From the IMG/VR virus record IMGVR_UViG_3300025267_000060, positions 1 through 33,410 of that record: a stretch of 33,410 nucleotides of DNA, one strand, 5' to 3'. The notes beneath the pieces are model-generated. The model did no database searches, was not told the origin of the DNA, and was given only the letters and a program-made list of their open reading frames with translations. Source of the stretch: a virus. Lineage: Duplodnaviria > Caudoviricetes. Below are positions 25,528 to 33,410 of this stretch, in pieces. A program made the position numbers and the translations under genes. Every line of letters begins with the position of its first letter. The stretch's first letter is position 1.

Positions 25528-28500
25528 CTAGGTTGTTAAAGCTCCTCCAAGAACGCTTTGTCCATCTATTTCTTTAATTTGTTTGGGAGTACCAATAGAT
25601 GCTTGACGTACTCTTTTTACAGCATCATCCAATATCTTAGCTCCTGCATTACTACTACCATTTCCCAACATGGAAACAGCATCTGCCGGGAAAACATATT
25701 CATCTGTACTTAACACAGCCATATCAGGAGTATTGGGTATATCCTGTGGAGTTTGAGGAACTACACGAAATGGTATTTGATCTGACATTCCATCTCCTAT
25801 TCCCTGTAAATGTCCTGAAAATACAGGATTTCCACCATTAGCTAATCCAACAGGTCCACCTTGATTTACAAAGGCTGACGATCCAGTAGCCATTGGTCCT
25901 TCTTCTAAAATAGGATTCTCTACATAATAAGGATCTTCTGTTCCAAGAGAAGGACCAGCACCAAGACCAATAGCAGGTGAATAACCTCCAGTATTTGTTA
26001 ATGCCTTTGAAAATCCTGCAAGACCCATTGGTGAACCTTCACCAAAAACCATATTACCTAACATACCTAAGATACCCATATTACTAACCATTTGACCATA
26101 AGGTCCAAGAGTAGCTTTAGCTTGGGCAACATTTGAAACAATACTATTTAAAGTATTAGCTAACTGTTTTCCTCCTTCAGTAACCGGAGCTGATTGAACT
26201 GTAGGAGTAGGAGCAGGTTGCGTAAATGTTACTGTTTTTTCACCACCTTCAATTGGTCCAGTTCGACTTACTGCTGGAGCTACTGTTATAGTTTGTGGTC
26301 CTTGAGAAATTCCTGTACCAATTCCTGCCCCACCTACACCAGCACCACTTCCAGCCATTCCAGAAGCAGAACCTCCTGTTAATCCAAAGGAACCGCCTGA
26401 AACACCACCAGTACCGGGACCAAGGCCACCAATACCACCCACTGCCAACCTTATCAATCCACCTTGTTGTGCTGGTGCCACAGACTCAGAAACAATATCC
26501 ACTATAGGATCTCCCTGTGCCTGTTGAAATCTGGAGAATAAACTTTCCATAGCAGATGGGCCTTGCTGTAGATTTGCAGCAGGTATGGATGCAGGAATGG
26601 CTGGTAGTGTGGGAGAAGTACTTGGCAATGTAAACTGTTGAGGAACAGCACTTGATCCAAGTATTCTTGATAATCTATCTTCTACATTGAAAGATGATAG
26701 ACTACTTTGGAAAGGATCTACATCAGGAAATTCAAATGGAGATGGTGCAGGAGCACCTCCTCCTCCTCCTCCCGGTGTTAAAACAGCTTTCTGATAGTGT
26801 TGTGGTTGAGCATAAGTACCTCCTACTTCCGATATTGGTTTTAATACAGATGCACCCATTGGTCCTACTCCCGGTACATATGTAAAGCCAGCTGGAGGTT
26901 GTTGACCTCCCGGTCCAGCCAAGAGTGGTCCCGGTTGTCGAATTATCCCACCAGCAGGTCTACCTATGACACCACCTTTCTTGGCAAACGTAGCATCTTC
27001 AAAATAACTTCTATCCTCTTCTGGAAGCCCAGCAAATATTCTTTCTTCTATTTCTTCTTGAGTAAGTTCCTTTGTTTTTCTTTCTTCAGGTGTTGGAAAT
27101 TTACTTGGATCAAATCCTGAAACCTTTTTAATGGGTAATTGAAAACCAAAATCAGTTTGCTTGGGACTTGCAGCTAATCCTGCTAAACTACTAGCACCTG
27201 CTACTCCTAGTCCTTGTTGAACAGGATTTAATGATTTCCACCAAGGTAGAAAGCCAGATTCTTTTGCTGTATCTTTTGCTGTATCTTTTGCAGTAGCTTC
27301 TAAAAGATCTTTTTCTGCACCACCTTGAATAGCTGTATCTCCACCACTACCAGTTATACTCTTTAATGCTTGTTGGAACCAATTAAGTTGTGGTTTTGGT
27401 ACAGTTCCTGCAAGTTGAGTCTGAGGAGCAGTTCCTGTCATAAATCTAGCTCCTTGAGAAGCTCCTTGTGGAAAAGCACCAATTTGTGGACCAGCAAATG
27501 TCTGTGGTGTGGAAAGCATATTTGCTGGGGTAAGTCCAAAAGGACCAACTCCTTGAGAACCTGCCAAACTAGCTTGTCCAGCTTGAGTAGCAGCAGTAAG
27601 AGGAACAGTTGCACCAGATAAAATACCAGCCTGTGTAGCAGCAGGAACAAGGCTTCCTCCAGCACCTGCTAAACTACCAGCATATGTAGGTGCAGCAGCA
27701 CCAAACATAGTTCCAGCAGGAGCAAGACCAGTTGCTAGAGCAGGATTAGCTAATTGTGCAGCCAAAGCTCCTTGTGTTAAAGCAGTTCCTCCTTGACCAG
27801 CAGCCCCAGCAGCAAGAGCAGCTTGAGAGGCAGCAGAGCCAGCAGCTGCTGGCATCATAAATGCACCTCCAAGACCAGCCAGACCTCCATAAAGTAATCC
27901 CTTCTTCCAATCATGACCTGTAGCAGCAGCCCCTATTCCACCTATGGCAGCACCAATCAGGGGCAACCACCAAGCAAAGGCTTCTGGTAAACCAGTATCA
28001 GGATTAATGGTAGTCGGTCCCAGAAGAGAGGACAATCCACTTAGTTCCTGTGGATTTACATGCATCAACATGGTATCTCCATGCCTACCTCTGGATGCTA
28101 CATTCTCTATTTGTTGTGGTATGGCAGCTCTTCCACCACCTTGAGCAGTCAACGTTCTTTCACCTGCATTCTTATTAGCATGTTCACGTAATAGCCTCAT
28201 TATTTCTGGAGGAAGACCCCTTCCAAACATCCAACTACTATCACCACCTGCCGGGGCAAACCTACTAGTTGTAGTGGCTGATTGAGGTTGAGCTACACTT
28301 GATTTCCTAAATGCTCCACCCATAAATTTTCTTGCAATTGTAGGCAATCCACCTTCTTGAGCAGTTAATATTCTTTCACCTTCTTCGGAAAAGACTCGTC
28401 TTGGTTGAGCAACAGGGGGAGAAGCAGGAACACCTATTTGTGGTCTGGTAGGTACTGGTGCCTGACCTCGTGATGCTTGTGCTGCTGCTATCTTTTTTGG

Positions 28501-28683
28501 GTCTTCCCTAAGTGTACGTTCTAGTAAAGTTTGAGGAGAATAATATTTTATTAATTGAGCAGCCTTAATAGGATCTGTTAAAGATTTCTTTGGATCTGCT
28601 GTCAACCTTTGTATTTCCTGCAACCTTTCTATATTATTAGAAGGAGGTAAAGGTGTGACCTGTATTCGTGGATTGTATGCCAT
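25528..28683 (-). CDS. Gly/Ala/Pro-rich internal virion protein
   Basis: 1051 aa. GRHGDTMLMHVNP...INPDTGLPEAF module followed by hydrophobic G/A helices; repeated xxGG motifs; C-terminal GDGMSDQIP...LSTDEYVFPADAV domain. Confidence 0.75.
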   Translation of the reverse strand: MAYNPRIQVTPLPPSNNIERLQEIQRLTADPKKSLTDPIKAAQLIKYYSPQTLLERTLREDPKKIAAAQASRGQAPVPTRPQIGVPASPPVAQPRRVFSEEGERILTAQEGGLPTIARKFMGGAFRKSSVAQPQSATTTSRFAPAGGDSSWMFGRGLPPEIMRLLREHANKNAGERTLTAQGGGRAAIPQQIENVASRGRHGDTMLMHVNPQELSGLSSLLGPTTINPDTGLPEAFAWWLPLIGAAIGGIGAAATGHDWKKGLLYGGLAGLGGAFMMPAAAGSAASQAALAAGAAGQGGTALTQGALAAQLANPALATGLAPAGTMFGAAAPTYAGSLAGAGGSLVPAATQAGILSGATVPLTAATQAGQASLAGSQGVGPFGLTPANMLSTPQTFAGPQIGAFPQGASQGARFMTGTAPQTQLAGTVPKPQLNWFQQALKSITGSGGDTAIQGGAEKDLLEATAKDTAKDTAKESGFLPWWKSLNPVQQGLGVAGASSLAGLAASPKQTDFGFQLPIKKVSGFDPSKFPTPEERKTKELTQEEIEERIFAGLPEEDRSYFEDATFAKKGGVIGRPAGGIIRQPGPLLAGPGGQQPPAGFTYVPGVGPMGASVLKPISEVGGTYAQPQHYQKAVLTPGGGGGGAPAPSPFEFPDVDPFQSSLSSFNVEDRLSRILGSSAVPQQFTLPSTSPTLPAIPASIPAANLQQGPSAMESLFSRFQQAQGDPIVDIVSESVAPAQQGGLIRLAVGGIGGLGPGTGGVSGGSFGLTGGSASGMAGSGAGVGGAGIGTGISQGPQTITVAPAVSRTGPIEGGEKTVTFTQPAPTPTVQSAPVTEGGKQLANTLNSIVSNVAQAKATLGPYGQMVSNMGILGMLGNMVFGEGSPMGLAGFSKALTNTGGYSPAIGLGAGPSLGTEDPYYVENPILEEGPMATGSSAFVNQGGPVGLANGGNPVFSGHLQGIGDGMSDQIPFRVVPQTPQDIPNTPDMAVLSTDEYVFPADAVSMLGNGSSNAGAKILDDAVKRVRQASIGTPKQIKEIDGQSVLGGALTT
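27260..27295. repeat. 12 bp in-frame tandem repeat, 3 copies (TAKD-TAKD-TAKE)
   Basis: TCTTTTGCTGTA twice, then TCTTTTGCAGTA. Confidence 0.9.
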
Positions 28684-28904
28684 TACTTCATTCTCCGTGG
28701 ATTTGCATAGTTAGACTGTGCCAATGTACTATTTGCCATCATGGTACTATTACTATTATACACTGGATTATCAAACTTTTCTAGTGGTTGAATTAATTTT
28801 TGTAATGTTTGATTCTCCAGAAATGGAGGCACACCAGCTCCTTGATTAAGATTAGTAATCAATGTTCCTTCCTGTACAAGATTCATATAATCAGAGTTTT
28901 TCAT
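28683..28904 (-). CDS. Hypothetical protein
   Basis: ORF track 28683..28922. ATG28904 gives TAATG coupling at both ends. Confidence 0.7.
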   Translation of the reverse strand: MKNSDYMNLVQEGTLITNLNQGAGVPPFLENQTLQKLIQPLEKFDNPVYNSNSTMMANSTLAQSNYANPRRMK

Positions 28905-29188
28905 TAGTTTAAATCCTGCCATGCCTGTGTTCCTGCCGTACTGACATATCCTTTGAACTTACCACTACTTACTGAATAGGCTATATCACCCTTATCAGGA
29001 CGTTTAATAGTTGTTACTGTAACTACTGCATATATATTCGTAGAAGGTGCTGCCTCTTCTATCTGATCTCGTGTATCAAGTTCATTAATCAGGGCAGCTC
29101 CCCATCGTTGAAAACGTCTATAAACATAATCTATTCCCTGTTTAACATCATCAGGGAATATAGTTGGAAAATCAGGATAACGTGCCAT
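28904..29188 (-). CDS. Small tail-associated hypothetical protein
   Basis: ATG29188 with GAGGT upstream and TAATG coupling. The C-terminal GDIAYSVSSGKFKGY...W..L resembles tail-protein motifs. Confidence 0.7.
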   Translation of the reverse strand: MARYPDFPTIFPDDVKQGIDYVYRRFQRWGAALINELDTRDQIEEAAPSTNIYAVVTVTTIKRPDKGDIAYSVSSGKFKGYVSTAGTQAWQDLN

Positions 29189-31389
29189 TACCTCATTCCA
29201 TCCTGTTGCATCGACATACGAATGGTTCCCCATTGCCATTTCGTACCAGCCGAATCACATGATACTCTTACTCTCCCTTGCCTTCCTCGTGCTCGTAAAT
29301 CAATTTTACTTGTAGTCTTCGTTATGGAAAATGGTCCTTTCTCCACCAGATTAGAATCTGGCTGATCAGGGAAATCCTTGGTTTTCACAGAGAACTTGAG
29401 TGTTCCATCGTTCATGGTAAGATCAGGTACGATACGATCAATAAACATCAACTCATTACCATCTTGTATATCAAAGTCTGCTGATTCCAAGAAAGAAGTT
29501 ATTGCATTTCCATTGGCCGTAAAGATATTGTCAGGTTCATTGTTATATAAATTATTTCCTGCTGTACTTACACCTGTTGTAATTGTATTTCCAAATATTT
29601 CCTTATCTGCAAAGGTGGTAAAGATACCAGTACCATAGGTCCAGTAGTTTTCATCTGGTGACCAGATCACATAGGAATCACATTCCGTGGAATCAGTGGA
29701 TGGATATAGCCATATCACCTCTTTAAATTCTGAATTAATTCCTGCAAATATTTTATCCTTGGATGAAAGATTTACTCTATCAAATATATATCGTCTAACT
29801 GTACAATCCAGAGTTCTTACCTGTCCATCAAATATATAAAAGTTATCAAATCCCATCCAGACAGTACGACCATCATAATCAATGGCAGCATGTGGAGCTA
29901 TTAATCCACAATTAGATCCCATCTGGGTAAACTTAAATGTAAAGGGTGGTCCTACAAAAGTCTGCAACCACAATGCATTATCTGTCCAAACATTAACAGC
30001 ATTTCGTGAACGAACTCCTCCAACAATCTTTGTTCCATCGGTAAGTTGTACTTCTCCTGAAGTAGAACTAACGGAAGGAACCCAGTTTGTATAGTCTTCC
30101 TGATTGGCCCATCGTACCGTAAGAGGATCATATGTCCCACTTGGAGATGCTGTTGTACCAAATTGATTACCACCCAATGCTATGAGATGTCTATCATTTG
30201 GAGACACCAATATAGAGTCAACCGTGGTGGGAGTAGAATTTGTAGCACCTGAAACTTTAACAGCTCTAACTGGAACAGTGGATACATCCGTATCAAAGAA
30301 ATAAATAGATCCCTTCCTACGATTTGCTATAACATCTTCACCCCAATTATCCAGACTCCATTGTGTAATCTCACTGGCAAAATTAGTAGCTCCAGTAGAT
30401 GTAGGATCACCCCATTCTCTACCTGTGGTACTCTGTGGATAGATACGTGCCGTCATATTTATATTAGATGTAACATCACCAGATGCACTTGCATTTGCCT
30501 TGGTTGTAATAATAATCTGTGTACTAGCCACGGATGTAACAGTAAATAATGGACCACCCACACTTACTCCACCAACACTTGGCTTGCTTAATATTAAGTT
30601 ACCTCCCACTGTAGCTGGTGTAACACTATTACTGGATGGTTTAAAGAATACAAAATCATTGGCAGCAGCATTATGGGCAGCATCACATGACACTGTAACA
30701 AGAGGACTTCCAGCATTGGTAGTTATTTTACTTATTCCAACAGAAGTAGGATCTGTAGCATTATAAGGAGCAGCACCAAAGCCAAGACCGGGAGCAGCAT
30801 TAGATGCTCCTGTAAAGATTGGATAGTGTGCCGTTGCCTGACTTGCACTGGATTGAGCAGCACTGGCTGTAGTTGCCACATCTATGGCAAATGAGTTTGC
30901 ACCTATAACACTTACTTGAAAAACACTCGTACCAAGTATAATATTACCACCAATTGTAACACCACCGCTTGGTCCAGAGACACTGGTAAAGAAGACGTAA
31001 TCTCCTGTGGATCTACCATGACCGGGAGCTGTAACTGTTACGGTAGTGGCTGATAGAGCTACGGTAAATGCATTTAGAATAGTTACGGAAGTAGATACAG
31101 GAGTTATGTCTACAATCCTATCTCCATCATGTTCATATAATTTCTGGGCTGTACCAAACATTGCTCTTTTAAATTGATCATGATCCGACCATGTAAGCAG
31201 AGCACGAGCAGCACCATCAAATGTAGCTGATACTTTCGTATCATATCCACGTAAGTTCTCTGGTTTACCAGCCCTGAATCTTACCCGATCAGTATCATAC
31301 CAAGAACCCTCTTCAGCATACTGAGTAGTTTCCCGTCTAATACCGGGAGTAAAATTCATCTTTACAAGTTTAGCATTTGACGATGACAT
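29188..31389 (-). CDS. Tail tubular / head-closure (P22 gp10-like) protein with two inserted beta-rich domains
   Basis: F.PGI.R.TT.Y..EG.W.D...VRF..G.PE, WSLDNWGEDVIA, VRW..QED...W, VWTD.AL, and GINSEFKEVIWLYPS. Located upstream of the ejection genes. Confidence 0.75.
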   Translation of the reverse strand: MSSSNAKLVKMNFTPGIRRETTQYAEEGSWYDTDRVRFRAGKPENLRGYDTKVSATFDGAARALLTWSDHDQFKRAMFGTAQKLYEHDGDRIVDITPVSTSVTILNAFTVALSATTVTVTAPGHGRSTGDYVFFTSVSGPSGGVTIGGNIILGTSVFQVSVIGANSFAIDVATTASAAQSSASQATAHYPIFTGASNAAPGLGFGAAPYNATDPTSVGISKITTNAGSPLVTVSCDAAHNAAANDFVFFKPSSNSVTPATVGGNLILSKPSVGGVSVGGPLFTVTSVASTQIIITTKANASASGDVTSNINMTARIYPQSTTGREWGDPTSTGATNFASEITQWSLDNWGEDVIANRRKGSIYFFDTDVSTVPVRAVKVSGATNSTPTTVDSILVSPNDRHLIALGGNQFGTTASPSGTYDPLTVRWANQEDYTNWVPSVSSTSGEVQLTDGTKIVGGVRSRNAVNVWTDNALWLQTFVGPPFTFKFTQMGSNCGLIAPHAAIDYDGRTVWMGFDNFYIFDGQVRTLDCTVRRYIFDRVNLSSKDKIFAGINSEFKEVIWLYPSTDSTECDSYVIWSPDENYWTYGTGIFTTFADKEIFGNTITTGVSTAGNNLYNNEPDNIFTANGNAITSFLESADFDIQDGNELMFIDRIVPDLTMNDGTLKFSVKTKDFPDQPDSNLVEKGPFSITKTTSKIDLRARGRQGRVRVSCDSAGTKWQWGTIRMSMQQDGMR

Positions 31390-31392
31390 ATC

Positions 31393-32340
31393 TTACCTAT
31401 CAAAACCCTTGCATAATACTGCATCAATAGTTGTAGCACTTCGTGCACTATATGCTAACATATCAACATCACTTGCTCCTGTACTTAGAGTAGGAACAGA
31501 TGCTGATACAAACTGCCATGCCGTATTATAACTAAGTGTTCGACTTCCTGTACTATCCTGTATAAAATATATATTCCCTCCCTGCCCTACTGTACAATTT
31601 GCAGGTGATTTTAAAGTTCTATTACCTGCTAAAGTTACAAGGAAATTATTTCCCAAGGCAAAGTTTACACTAATACAAGCAGCATCAGTTATCGTTACAA
31701 TTGGATTATAAGCTCTTGCATTTCCTGCAATAATTAAATTACCGGGAGTACTGGCAGAAGCACCAACAATATATTTAGTTCCTGTTAAGGAAACATTAGA
31801 AGAAGTAGATACTCTTAGATAACGTACATCGGCAAGAGATGTATCAGGAACATTGGTAGTGCACACTCCTATATCTGCACTGGCTGCTGTACCAAGATTA
31901 AGTTTAAGTCCTTTTGCGTTCACTGAATATACAGACGTACCATCACAGATTATCAATCCAACAGCACCAAGTTCAATATCATATCCATCTCCACCAGCCG
32001 TCTTCATCTTTACAATATCAGATGCCGTAGTATTGGCCGATACCTTATTATTAATTACATAACTTTTAGATTTGGCAGGGATAATTAAAGATATAGTATT
32101 ATTTGATCCACCCACCGATCCCGTTAATTCCAAGAAAGCAGAACGTGCTTGATCTGCTGCTCCTTCATTTTCTGTTAATGTTACGGTAGCTGCTGATCCT
32201 ATAGATATAGTCGAATAAGAAGCTATAGCATCATCTACCAAATCAATAACCTGATTATTCAGAATAGTTCCCCATGTATTAGGATTCTCACCATCTGCTT
32301 GCTTAGTAAGTCTTATTCTACTTGTATAACTTGATGCCAT
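31393..32340 (-). CDS. Tail fiber / tail structural protein
   Basis: N-terminal MASSYT...L...DGEN..TWG...N. C-terminal NNF.VTLAGNRTL..P.N...GQ.G.I...QD.TGSRTL.Y...W.F....PTLST.A..VD module. S/T/A-rich. Confidence 0.8.
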   Translation of the reverse strand: MASSYTSRIRLTKQADGENPNTWGTILNNQVIDLVDDAIASYSTISIGSAATVTLTENEGAADQARSAFLELTGSVGGSNNTISLIIPAKSKSYVINNKVSANTTASDIVKMKTAGGDGYDIELGAVGLIICDGTSVYSVNAKGLKLNLGTAASADIGVCTTNVPDTSLADVRYLRVSTSSNVSLTGTKYIVGASASTPGNLIIAGNARAYNPIVTITDAACISVNFALGNNFLVTLAGNRTLKSPANCTVGQGGNIYFIQDSTGSRTLSYNTAWQFVSASVPTLSTGASDVDMLAYSARSATTIDAVLCKGFDR

Positions 32341-32349
32341 TTTAAACTC

Positions 32350-32715
32350 CTACTTAAAATATGGATTCTTATCGTAAGGAACACTCATCTCTCCTCCAAC
32401 AAGTCCACATGTTACTTTATCTGTTGAAGATAACATTAAAAACCATCGACCTGTATTCAAATTTAAAAATAATTCTGCAAGATCATTTTTCTTAGTTACT
32501 CCCCACCAAACCTTAACTGTTTGTAACCTTTCTTTTAAATCATTATATACATAGTCACTTGTAGAACATGTCATATTCCTCTGAAATAAACGTGGAAAAA
32601 TATTTGCTTCTCGTCCTATCACTCCATCATTATCTTGAGCACTTGAACTAGATGTATATATAAATGCAACAGCCAGAGTTATAATTAGAAAAATAGTAAT
32701 TAATAAAATTCTCAT
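32350..32715 (-). CDS. Exported or membrane-anchored hypothetical protein
   Basis: N-terminal hydrophobic signal (MRILLITIFLIITLAVAFIY...SAQ) and two Cys (MTCS, VTCG). ATGA overlap with the upstream gene. Confidence 0.75.
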   Translation of the reverse strand: MRILLITIFLIITLAVAFIYTSSSSAQDNDGVIGREANIFPRLFQRNMTCSTSDYVYNDLKERLQTVKVWWGVTKKNDLAELFLNLNTGRWFLMLSSTDKVTCGLVGGEMSVPYDKNPYFK

Positions 32716-33359
32716 CTCCTATATTTCTCCATATTATAAGAATCAGGCCAATCATTCATTATAGCTATTTTAGTAACTTCTCCTGCTTCATTACGAGTAT
32801 CTTCAAATAATACTTTCAATGCATCCAGATCAGAACAATTCCCTATGGCTGTACAAATTGTCTCACACGAAGATCGAATATCTCCTACATAGGTGGAGAG
32901 ATCACTTGGAATTGTTTTTGTATTATCATATATAGATCGTTCCACCAACCATTGATATGGTTGAATAAGAGAATGAGCTTTACTTTTACATCTATTTTGA
33001 TATTGTGTTTTTAATCCTTTAATTATAATTGTATTTCCATGATCATCTTTTGCAACAACTAGATTTCCATCATCATCTTCATTTGTAGCTTCTTCATCTT
33101 CCAATGCTCTATCTTTTACAATAAAATCTTCATTGACAATTTCTTTATCTGAATCATAAGAGAAAGAAGATTGACCTCTAGTATGAAACTTAGTATCAGG
33201 TTCTCCTTTTAACTGAACCTCATAAATACCAATTTGTTTCTTTTCAGCTTTTGTATATAATGTAAACATATTCGATGGATAACGTACATTATTAAGTACA
33301 ACAGATTTAGGTCTATTATAAACTTCTATAACATTTCCATCTTCAACTAAAGCCCACAT
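32712..33359 (-). CDS. Putative tail fiber assembly/accessory protein
   Basis: MWALVE...YP.NMF.L.T..E...IGIYEV and C-terminal W.V.R...IPS...Y...IR.....I..C.D..AL..L...WP pattern. AGGAG SD. Confidence 0.6.
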   Translation of the reverse strand: MWALVEDGNVIEVYNRPKSVVLNNVRYPSNMFTLYTKAEKKQIGIYEVQLKGEPDTKFHTRGQSSFSYDSDKEIVNEDFIVKDRALEDEEATNEDDDGNLVVAKDDHGNTIIIKGLKTQYQNRCKSKAHSLIQPYQWLVERSIYDNTKTIPSDLSTYVGDIRSSCETICTAIGNCSDLDALKVLFEDTRNEAGEVTKIAIMNDWPDSYNMEKYRR

Positions 33360-33368
33360 GTTCTACTC

Positions 33369-33410
33369 CTATTCTATTTCCTCATATGATTTCCCAATAA
33401 ATTTCTGAAG
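33369..33410 (-). CDS. Possible 3' end of an upstream gene running off the window
   Basis: Open frame LQKFIGKSYEEIE* whose TAG overlaps the AGGAG SD of the next gene. Confidence 0.4.
   Translation of the reverse strand, partial: LQKFIGKSYEEIE

Noticed and set aside
26755-26772. (CCT)n microsatellite as a phase-variable tract
   Set aside because: A short in-frame poly-Gly codon run; length changes would not shift the frame.
19748-32062. Plus-strand ORFs in the right arm (e.g. 24090..24392, 24326..24724, 30500..30766)
   Set aside because: Antisense shadows of Gly/Ala-rich virion genes, where stop codons are naturally rare.
1-33410. tRNA genes, T7-type phage RNAP promoters, integrase or att sites
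   Set aside because: Almost no intergenic space remains once the small ORFs are added. No cloverleaf, repeated 23 bp promoter or recombinase motif was seen.

Overview
A gene-dense 33.4 kb segment of a tailed dsDNA bacteriophage genome, podovirus-like and probably from an aquatic proteobacterial host (host and lifestyle are inferences). It has two convergent arms meeting at about 17,126. The + arm (1-17129) carries small early genes, ThyX, a T7 gp4-like primase-helicase, an IscA/SufA Fe-S carrier, a family A DNA polymerase, an SSB, several nucleases, DUF3310, a class II (B12-dependent) ribonucleotide reductase, Hsp20, a glycosyl/methyl-transferase cluster, a 3TM holin and the terminase small subunit. 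The cluster includes a 781 aa GT-like + methyltransferase + Maf/DUF115 fusion. The - arm (17126-33410) carries tail genes, a P22 gp10/tail-tubular-like protein, three large Gly/Ala-rich internal (ejection) proteins, a GNAT-like protein and an M15 endolysin. The strongest signals are: (1) a shared GDT-x-L-x-H-V-N...TIN-x-x-TGL-x-E module plus paired double-glycine motifs with an 8-residue period across the internal virion proteins, suggesting a processing or targeting system; (2) the GT-MTase-Maf modification cluster, with apparently degenerate catalytic motifs; (3) apparently complete avoidance of CCWGG, with all 22 Pro-Gly dipeptides I traced using CCC/CCG; (4) two sigma70-like promoters sharing an identical 18 bp, and a hairpin that may bridge a split ribosome binding site; (5) several small genes missed by the ORF track, including a tandem paralog pair. 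I saw no tRNA, rRNA, CRISPR array, integrase, RNA polymerase, capsid, portal or TerL gene in the window. All family calls are from motif recognition by eye, not database searches.
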